62,109 bases of DNA from a virus. Within the stretch, counting starts at the first letter, position 1, and the number at the start of each line of letters is the position of its first letter. Shown one piece after another: positions 30,143 through 37,620 of the stretch. Made by a program: the position numbers and the translations under genes. The stretch is taken from the IMG/VR virus record IMGVR_UViG_3300009433_000007; one strand, given 5' to 3'. The notes below the pieces were generated by a model. That model was given only the letters and a program-made list of their open reading frames with translations, was not told the DNA's origin and did not search any database.

Positions 30143-31141
30143 ATGTTTGAATATTTTTACAACGAAATATTGAGAAGAACCATCATATCTTTTGGTACAC
30201 TTTTTAACAATATTTCAATTAAAAAGTCTGATTCTGACGACGATGTGTTTAGTGTTATCAAGGTTCCTCTTGCATATGGTCCTACTCAAAAATTTCTTGC
30301 AAGATTAGAGCAGTCTCCAGATTTAAACAAACCCTTTGCAATCACTTTGCCAAGGATGTCTTTTGAGTTTACTGGATTGACATATGATCCCGCTAGAAAA
30401 GTAACAACAACTCAAACCTTTACAGTTAAAGATCCTGATGATGGGTCCGAGACAAAAAAATCTTACATGCCAGTTCCATATAATATGGCATTTGAGTTGA
30501 GCATTATGGCAAAATTAAATGACGATGCACTTCAAATCGTAGAACAAATTTTACCATATTTTCAACCAGCATATAATTTATCTGTAGAATTAGTAGAAGC
30601 ATTACAAGAAAAAAGAGATATTCCTGTAGTATTGGAAAATATTACAATGTCTGATGAATATGAGGGAGACTTTAGTTCTAGAAGAGTTCTTCTTTACACT
30701 TTAAGATTTACTGCAAAAACTTATATGTTTGGACCTTCTACCAAGGTTTCCAAAGATATCATCAAAAAGGCAACGGTCAGTTATCTTACAGGCAAAGATT
30801 CCTCAAGTGCATCTAGGGAGTATACTTACTCTGTTACACCTAGAGCAATCAAAAATTATACCGGAGACATTGAGACCACTCTTGCAGGAGATGTTACTGC
30901 TAAATCAATTTACATCGAAGTCGCTGATGCTAGTGGACTTGCTGCAGATACTTACATTAATATTGGTACTGAGGAACTTTATATCAAATCCATTAATGGC
31001 AATAAATTAACAGTTAGACGTGGACAAGATGATACAACAGCAGCAGTTCATGTTAATGGTGCAGATGTTAAGAAAATCACTCCTGCGGATAATGCACTTA
31101 TTGAATCTGGTGATGACTTTGGTTTTGATGGTGCATTCTGA
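30143..31141 (+). CDS. g15: Tail terminator / proximal sheath stabiliser gp15
   Basis: FYNEILRRTIISFGTLFNNI, VPLAYGPTQKFLARL, TLPRMSFE, PVPYN, QILPYFQP. Confidence 0.95.
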   Translation: MFEYFYNEILRRTIISFGTLFNNISIKKSDSDDDVFSVIKVPLAYGPTQKFLARLEQSPDLNKPFAITLPRMSFEFTGLTYDPARKVTTTQTFTVKDPDDGSETKKSYMPVPYNMAFELSIMAKLNDDALQIVEQILPYFQPAYNLSVELVEALQEKRDIPVVLENITMSDEYEGDFSSRRVLLYTLRFTAKTYMFGPSTKVSKDIIKKATVSYLTGKDSSSASREYTYSVTPRAIKNYTGDIETTLAGDVTAKSIYIEVADASGLAADTYINIGTEELYIKSINGNKLTVRRGQDDTTAAVHVNGADVKKITPADNALIESGDDFGFDGAF

Positions 31142-31575
31142 TGGTTATGACAAAAAACTTCAACAAACTCAACGAGACTTTCGACACTTCAGACTCGGAT
31201 GATGTTGTCCAACCAGAAGTAATCAGAGATAAAATTGAAAAGGTAAAAGAAGGTATTGATGATATCAAAAAAGATTATGAATATACTAGAGGTAATCTTT
31301 ACTCTATCATCGAGAAAGGACAAGAAGCATTAAATGGTGTTCTTGAACTTGCACAAGAAAGCGAAATGCCAAGGGCATATGAAGTTGCAGGTCAGTTAAT
31401 TAAAAACGTTGCTGATGCTACAGATAAATTATTAGATCTTCAAAAGAAACTTAAAGACGTAGAAGCAGAGGATAAGATCAAAGGACCATCAACCGTCAAC
31501 AATGCTTTATTTGTTGGATCTACTGCAGACTTGGCAAAAATGCTAAAAGATGGACTTAAAGAGGATCCTAAATAA
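31141..31575 (+). CDS. g16: Terminase small subunit gp16
   Basis: DYEYTRGNLYSIIEKGQEAL...PRAYEVAGQLIKNVAD...NNALFVGSTADL. Confidence 0.92.
   Translation: MVMTKNFNKLNETFDTSDSDDVVQPEVIRDKIEKVKEGIDDIKKDYEYTRGNLYSIIEKGQEALNGVLELAQESEMPRAYEVAGQLIKNVADATDKLLDLQKKLKDVEAEDKIKGPSTVNNALFVGSTADLAKMLKDGLKEDPK
31568..31574 (+). promoter_or_regulatory. Late promoter for the 716-aa gene
   Basis: CTAAATA overlapping the g16 stop. Confidence 0.55.
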
Positions 31576-31618
31576 ATTGGAAGGGAGAGAAATCCCAAAG
31601 TATTAATGTACTAATAAG

Positions 31619-33769
31619 ATGTCAAAGGATTTACCCTCATATGAGGATTTTGGTGGAGATGAAAGTCTCCCATCAATAGAAGATTATATTACAGAAGAGA
31701 ACGCAGAGGAACTCCCTTCTGTAGAAGATTTTATTGAAGAAGAAGTAATAAGCGAAGAAACTGTTACCATAGAAGATGCTGATGGGAATGCGTTTGCAGA
31801 AGTAAAAGATATTATCCCACCATTTCCCGAATTAATTCGTCTGATTAATGATGTTAGAAAAGACATCCCAGACATTCCAGAAGTCAAATATTATGATAGA
31901 GAACTTGAAGATCTTGCAGAACAGATTTCTCAACTTCCAGAAGTCAAATATTATGATAGAGAAGTAGAAGCAATATGTAGTCAGATTGATCTTGTAAGAG
32001 AACAGATTAAAGATCTTCCAGAAGTCAAATATTATGATGAACAGGTAAACTCTATTGAAGACAGAATTGATAGTCTTCAAACTGATGTAGTTAACTTGCC
32101 AGAAGTAAAATATTATGATGCGGAGATTGAGGCAATTTGTGGGGCTATTGATGAGGTAAAAGCATCGATCCCAAAATTCCCAAAATGGGTTAATGAAATA
32201 AATGAAGTACCAGATTTTTCTTGGATAGGAAAAACTTTTAGTGTCATTGATGATGATTTTGTAAAGATCAATGATGCCATTAATACATTACAAGAAAGTG
32301 TTGTTATTGAGTTAAAGAAGGCATCTGAAGAAAATGAAGTTAAACACTTTGAAAACCGAGTACAGTTTGGCACTGAAGTAAAAGATCTTGATACTAAACT
32401 AGAGGAAGAAAAAGGTAAGATTTGGAAGGAGTTGAGATCTTCATCTATGAAGATCTGGGAATATCATAAAACATTCAAAGATGATGATCGTAAACTCAAG
32501 AAACAAATTCTTGGGGAATATAATACTCTTAAAGACAATCTCGACAAGAGACTTAAAGAAGTTAATGAATCCAGCGTAAAAACTGATGAGTTACTTCTGA
32601 ACTATTTTACTGACTTAAAGGAACAGATTACCGGCATTCCAAAAGTCAAGTATTATGATGAAGATATTGATTATGTGAAGTCCGATATCAAAGGTCTAAG
32701 AAAGATTATTGAGGATATTAAGTCCGCCCAAAAACAACTGCAGGAAGAGCAAAAACTTTTAGCAGAAACTAATGTTCCTCTTGGAGAAGACCCCCCTAAT
32801 ACAAAAAATTCAGATCCCCTTACTCCTATTGATCAGAACTTTGTTACTCTAGATCAGTTACAACAACATTATAGAAGATTCGTAGAAAGGGTACAGTATC
32901 AACTTGGATCTATCGGTGGCGGTGGTGCAGGATTCATCAAAGATCTTGACGATGTAGACATTTCTGGATTGCAAGATGGATATATCCTAAAGTGGAATGA
33001 TGCTACTAATAAGTGGAAAGTTGAGGATGGTGGTGGTGTTGGAGCTGGTGGAACCTGGGCATCCAATACAGTTGGTATTCATACTACGAAAAACGTTGGT
33101 ATTGGAACCACAACTGCTAAGTCGGGTGTTGCACTATTCGTTGCAGGTGATATTGAAGCAACAAACGTCAACGTTGCTGGCACAATCACATATGAAGATG
33201 TAAAAAATGTTGATTCCCTTGGTATTGTTACCGCAAGAACTGGAATTGATGTTTTATCAGGCGGCATCAATGTAGTTGGTGTTTCTACGATTAGTACTGG
33301 TATTGGAACTGTCAATATTGGTGTAGGCAACACTACACTATTGGTTCAAGGTGATGCAAGAATAACAGGTATTCTTACGATTGGTCAGGGATCTATTACT
33401 TTAGATCCAACTGCTAGAAAAATTGAAGGTATTGATGAAATAATAATTGGTGCTGCAACTACTGTTAGAATTCATCAAGATTCTTCGGGAGAAATTGCTT
33501 TTAGTGATAGACAAGGAAAGCAAGCATCTGTTGGTATTGGTACAACAGTTTCCATCAATACCACAGGTATAATTACTGCAGCAACATTAAAAGCTTCTAC
33601 TGCATTCTATCCACCATTGTATACAACAACTGCCAGAGATGCTGGATCTTTTTCGCAGGGTGCTATTATCTTCAATACAACATCATTAAAACTTGAGTTT
33701 TATGATGGAACATCCTGGCAGTCACTACCTGGTATGACTCTTGGTCTTACTGTGGCATTAGACGGATAA
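31619..33769 (+). CDS. Segmented coiled-coil protein with a fibre-like C-terminus (716 aa)
   Basis: Three LPSxED[FY] motifs, five PxVKYYD repeats in heptad-rich sequence, then DLDDVD and VGIGTT repeats and a GAIIFNTT..LEFYDGTSW terminal motif. Confidence 0.75.
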   Translation: MSKDLPSYEDFGGDESLPSIEDYITEENAEELPSVEDFIEEEVISEETVTIEDADGNAFAEVKDIIPPFPELIRLINDVRKDIPDIPEVKYYDRELEDLAEQISQLPEVKYYDREVEAICSQIDLVREQIKDLPEVKYYDEQVNSIEDRIDSLQTDVVNLPEVKYYDAEIEAICGAIDEVKASIPKFPKWVNEINEVPDFSWIGKTFSVIDDDFVKINDAINTLQESVVIELKKASEENEVKHFENRVQFGTEVKDLDTKLEEEKGKIWKELRSSSMKIWEYHKTFKDDDRKLKKQILGEYNTLKDNLDKRLKEVNESSVKTDELLLNYFTDLKEQITGIPKVKYYDEDIDYVKSDIKGLRKIIEDIKSAQKQLQEEQKLLAETNVPLGEDPPNTKNSDPLTPIDQNFVTLDQLQQHYRRFVERVQYQLGSIGGGGAGFIKDLDDVDISGLQDGYILKWNDATNKWKVEDGGGVGAGGTWASNTVGIHTTKNVGIGTTTAKSGVALFVAGDIEATNVNVAGTITYEDVKNVDSLGIVTARTGIDVLSGGINVVGVSTISTGIGTVNIGVGNTTLLVQGDARITGILTIGQGSITLDPTARKIEGIDEIIIGAATTVRIHQDSSGEIAFSDRQGKQASVGIGTTVSINTTGIITAATLKASTAFYPPLYTTTARDAGSFSQGAIIFNTTSLKLEFYDGTSWQSLPGMTLGLTVALDG
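31877..32660 (+). repeat. Intragenic repeats encoding P[EK]VKYYD
   Basis: ccagaagtcaaatattatgat-like units start at 31877, 31937, 32018, 32099 and 32639. Confidence 0.85.
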
Positions 33770-33774
33770 TATCT

Positions 33775-33782
33775 TATAAATA
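33775..33782 (+). promoter_or_regulatory. Late promoter for the 619-aa gene and g17
   Basis: Exact TATAAATA 21 nt upstream of the ATG. Confidence 0.75.
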
Positions 33783-33803
33783 TCTCTATGAACTATTGCT
33801 AAC

Positions 33804-35663
33804 ATGAAGAAAAACGGTAAATGTCCTTCTGGACAATACTATTGCTACACCGATAAAAAGTGTAAACCAATCCCTCAGGGATTTAAGGCAGTAGGTCGTG
33901 CCGGATATCTCCGTAAGGAGAATGGTCATTCTGTAGATGATGATGAGAATAAGAATGGTAATGGTTCAAATGGCAATGGTAATGGTAATGGTGGAGGAGT
34001 AAGTGAATCGAAAAGTGGTGATTCTTCTCTGCGTGACTGGTTTGGCAAGAGTAAGTCTAGTGATGGCAAGCCTGGTTGGGTTCAACTGGGTGGGAAATAC
34101 GCTGGAAAACCTTGCGCCAAGCAACCAGGACAAACCACAAAACCAAAATGTGGTTCTAGTAAAATGAAACGTAATCTCTCCAAAGATGAGGAGCAAGCAG
34201 CATTTCGTAGAAAGAATGCAAAGGATCCAAATCCAGATAGAAAAGGGAAGGCAATTAACGTGAAGACTGAAGAAACTAAAAAAGACCATGAGTTTTCCAT
34301 GGCACGTTCTGAAATAAAAACTATTAAGAATGCTGCATCAAGATTAGAGAAAAAAATGGGAAAGAAAGGAGAAGGTGAACTAAAAGCATGGGTCCAATCA
34401 AAAATCACAAAAGCAGCAGACTATATCGATACTGCAGCAGATTATGTGACCAATGAAGAATTTGTAACGCTACCTTTACAGATAGAAATTCCTAACAATA
34501 TTAGAGATTTCAATCTAGGACTTATGTTCCGCGAAAGTCTGGATATCAATAGTGGAATGCTGTTCATCTTTAATGAAGTTGCAGAGCAGTCTTTCCATAT
34601 GACAGAAACAAGAATTCCTCTCGATATTGCTTTCATTAGAGAGGATGGAATAATCGAAAGCATTAAAGAATTGGAACCATTTGACGAGAATCCAGTACAC
34701 TCAGAAGGAGATGTATTGTGTGCATTAGAAGTAAACCGTGGATGGTTCGTAGAAAATAATGTAGAAGTAGGTGATGAGATTGACATTGATGAAGCAGCGG
34801 GAGAAAAAGACGCTTGCTATCATAAGGTCAAGTCACGTTACTCTGTATGGCCAAGTGCATATGCGTCAGGAGCACTAGTCAAATGCAGAAAAGTAGGTGC
34901 AAAGAACTGGGGGAATAAATCCAAGAAGGAAGAATTTGAACTTGATACATCGGGATCCGAACTCGATGAAAAGTGTTGGAAAGGTTATGAAAAGAAAGGC
35001 ATGAAGACCATGTTTGGGAAGAGATATCCAAACTGCGTCAAAAAAGAAGAAGTTGAGCAGATTGATGAAGTGAAAGGATGCAATCACACCTATAAAGGTG
35101 AAGAGTGTCCTATTCATGGAATGTCTGCATGTGATGGACCTAAAGGTGGTGATGGTGGCAAACCAGGTCCCGATAAGAATTATGTAAAACCAATGAGTGA
35201 AGCGGTTAGAATGCCATCTAGAACTGGCAATATTATTATGACATCTCTCAACTGGAGAGGTAGATATTATGTCCTTAGAATGTTCTTCCCTTCTACCAGA
35301 GTTCCTACTAGAGCAGAAGTACAGATTGAAGTAGACAAAGTTTATCCTGGCGCAAGAGTACAAAGTTACCAAACCGCCGATTATGTCCCAGGACAACCAT
35401 TGCTCCAAGTTGCAGAAGGAGCAGCATGGACAAAAAAATCAGGAAAAAATAAAGAAGGTGGACTCAACGAAAAAGGACGCAAGTCTTATGAAAAGGAAAA
35501 TCCAGGATCTGACCTTAAGGCACCAAGCAAGAAGGTTGGAAATCCCAGGAGGGCATCCTTCTGCGCTAGAATGAAAGGAATGAAAAAGAAATTGACTTCT
35601 GCTAAGACTGCAAGAGATCCAGATAGCAGAATCAATAAATCACTTAGAAAGTGGAATTGCTGA
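33804..35663 (+). CDS. Modular basic/Cys-paired protein with an internal DUF192 domain; candidate capsid-internal polyprotein
   Basis: DUF192 motif LGLMFR...GMLFIF...FHMTETRIPLDIAFI (residues ~220-330) flanked by short Lys-rich modules bounded by hydrophobic-X-E or EE sites. Confidence 0.7.
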   Translation: MKKNGKCPSGQYYCYTDKKCKPIPQGFKAVGRAGYLRKENGHSVDDDENKNGNGSNGNGNGNGGGVSESKSGDSSLRDWFGKSKSSDGKPGWVQLGGKYAGKPCAKQPGQTTKPKCGSSKMKRNLSKDEEQAAFRRKNAKDPNPDRKGKAINVKTEETKKDHEFSMARSEIKTIKNAASRLEKKMGKKGEGELKAWVQSKITKAADYIDTAADYVTNEEFVTLPLQIEIPNNIRDFNLGLMFRESLDINSGMLFIFNEVAEQSFHMTETRIPLDIAFIREDGIIESIKELEPFDENPVHSEGDVLCALEVNRGWFVENNVEVGDEIDIDEAAGEKDACYHKVKSRYSVWPSAYASGALVKCRKVGAKNWGNKSKKEEFELDTSGSELDEKCWKGYEKKGMKTMFGKRYPNCVKKEEVEQIDEVKGCNHTYKGEECPIHGMSACDGPKGGDGGKPGPDKNYVKPMSEAVRMPSRTGNIIMTSLNWRGRYYVLRMFFPSTRVPTRAEVQIEVDKVYPGARVQSYQTADYVPGQPLLQVAEGAAWTKKSGKNKEGGLNEKGRKSYEKENPGSDLKAPSKKVGNPRRASFCARMKGMKKKLTSAKTARDPDSRINKSLRKWNC

Positions 35664-35670
35664 GTAATTT

Positions 35671-37320
35671 ATGTCTGATAATGTATATCTTGGTAATCCC
35701 AATCTAAAAAAAGCAAATACTGCAATTGAATTTACTCAGGAGCAAATCTATGAGTTTATGCGATGCAAAGAAGATCCTGTATATTTTGCCAATAACTATA
35801 TAAAAATTGTTTCTTTGGATGAGGGTCTTACTCAGTTTCATCCATATCATTTCCAAGAAAAATTAATTAATAATTTTCATGAGAATAGATTTAACATCTG
35901 TAAGATGCCCCGTCAAACTGGCAAGAGTACTACAGTTGTTTCTTATCTTCTTCATTATGCGGTATTCAATGACTCTGTTAATATTGGCATCCTTGCTAAC
36001 AAAGCAGCAACTGCTAGAGAACTTTTAGGTAGATTACAAACTGCATATGAGAACTTGCCCAAATGGATGCAGCAGGGTATTATTGCATGGAACAAGGGAT
36101 CTCTGGAGTTAGAAAATGGCAGTAAGATATTGGCAGCTTCTACGTCTGCAAGTGCTGTCCGAGGCATGTCGTTTAACATTCTCTTCCTCGACGAATTCGC
36201 ATTCGTTCCAAACCATGTTGCAGACTCGTTCTTTGCATCTGTTTATCCTACTATTACTTCTGGTAAAAACACCAAAGTAATTATTGTATCTACTCCACAT
36301 GGTATGAATCACTTCTACCGTATGTGGCATGATGCCGAGAAAGGTAAGAGTGAATATATTCCCACTGATGTTCATTGGTCTGAAGTTCCTGGTAGGGATT
36401 CTAAGTGGAAAGAAACAACAATCTCAAACACTTCAGAAGCACAGTTCAAAGTTGAGTTTGAGTGTGAATTTTTAGGATCGGTCAATACTCTGATTGCTCC
36501 AAGTAAATTAAGAACTTTAATCTACGATAATCCAATACAAAGAAATGCTGGATTGGATGTGTATGAAAATCCAATACAGGATCATGATTATGTTATGACA
36601 GTTGACGTTGCTAGAGGAGTTGGAGAAGACTACTCAGCATTCGTAGTTGTAGATATCACAGAATTTCCCCATAAGATAGTTGCAAAATATAGGAACAATG
36701 ATATTAAACCAATGCTATTTCCAAATATCATTTACGAAATAGCAAAAAATTATAATAGTGCATATATCTTATGCGAAGTTAATGATATTGGTGATCAGGT
36801 TGCAAGTATTTTACAGTATGATCTTGAGTATCAAAATCTTCTCATGTGTTCCATGAGAGGTAGAGCAGGTCAAATTGTAGGACAGGGATTCTCTGGTAAG
36901 AAAACTCAATTGGGGGTTAAGATGTCCAAGACTGTAAAAAAAGTTGGATCACTTAATCTTAAGACTCTTATAGAAGAAGATAAAGTTATCTTTAATGATT
37001 ATGAGATTATTTCTGAACTAACAACATTCATATCTAAACACAATTCATTTGAAGCTGAGGAAGGGTGTAATGATGACTTGGCAATGTGTCTTGTCATTTA
37101 TGCCTGGTTAGTCCAGATGGATTACTTTAAGGAGTTGACTGATCAAGATGTTCGTAAGAGATTATATGAGGAACAGAAAAATCAAATAGAACAGGACATG
37201 GCACCATTTGGATTCTTAAATGATGGTTTAGATGATACAAGTTTTGTTGATGCTGAAGGAGATACTTGGTTTAAAGCAGACGAGTACGGTGATAGATCTT
37301 TTATGTGGGAATATCGTTAA
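35671..37320 (+). CDS. g17: Terminase large subunit gp17
   Basis: Walker A MPRQTGKST, Walker B LFLDEFAF, IVSTPHG coupling motif, nuclease TVDVARG and DDLAM. Confidence 0.97.
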   Translation: MSDNVYLGNPNLKKANTAIEFTQEQIYEFMRCKEDPVYFANNYIKIVSLDEGLTQFHPYHFQEKLINNFHENRFNICKMPRQTGKSTTVVSYLLHYAVFNDSVNIGILANKAATARELLGRLQTAYENLPKWMQQGIIAWNKGSLELENGSKILAASTSASAVRGMSFNILFLDEFAFVPNHVADSFFASVYPTITSGKNTKVIIVSTPHGMNHFYRMWHDAEKGKSEYIPTDVHWSEVPGRDSKWKETTISNTSEAQFKVEFECEFLGSVNTLIAPSKLRTLIYDNPIQRNAGLDVYENPIQDHDYVMTVDVARGVGEDYSAFVVVDITEFPHKIVAKYRNNDIKPMLFPNIIYEIAKNYNSAYILCEVNDIGDQVASILQYDLEYQNLLMCSMRGRAGQIVGQGFSGKKTQLGVKMSKTVKKVGSLNLKTLIEEDKVIFNDYEIISELTTFISKHNSFEAEEGCNDDLAMCLVIYAWLVQMDYFKELTDQDVRKRLYEEQKNQIEQDMAPFGFLNDGLDDTSFVDAEGDTWFKADEYGDRSFMWEYR

Positions 37321-37541
37321 TGGATCTCGATGGTCAAATAAAACTTGGTCACCTTTTACTACAAGATAGAAAATGTAGATCCTGTGGAATACCAAAAAAT
37401 TTAATTGATGGATTTTATAGAACAAGAAAGGATAGAGGACCGGTTGCTTCATCATATTCTTATGAATGTAAAGAGTGTACAATAAAAAGAATATTGTCAA
37501 ATAAAAAATTAGATATAAGATGGGAATACCCAGATTGGTAA
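37320..37541 (+). CDS. Small CxxC...CxxC zinc-finger protein (73 aa)
   Basis: CRSC and CKEC pairs; ATG overlaps the g17 stop (TAATG). Confidence 0.75.
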   Translation: MDLDGQIKLGHLLLQDRKCRSCGIPKNLIDGFYRTRKDRGPVASSYSYECKECTIKRILSNKKLDIRWEYPDW

Positions 37542-37577
37542 TTCACGTCATATTTCCCCTGTGAAAACATAGTTTTT

Positions 37578-37585
37578 AATAAATA
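37578..37585 (+). promoter_or_regulatory. Late promoter for g18
   Basis: AATAAATA 35 nt upstream of g18. Confidence 0.7.
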
Positions 37586-37620
37586 TTTTCAGTTAAACAT
37601 GAGACCACGGAGAAAAAAAC

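Noticed and set aside
31877-32120. CRISPR-like array (21-nt repeats with spacers)
   Set aside because: The repeats are in-frame coding units with synonymous variation and heptad spacers; no cas genes or leader.
33948-33998. AATGGT microsatellite as a phase-variation tract
   Set aside because: The hexamer unit keeps frame and encodes an Asn-Gly linker; the copies are degenerate.
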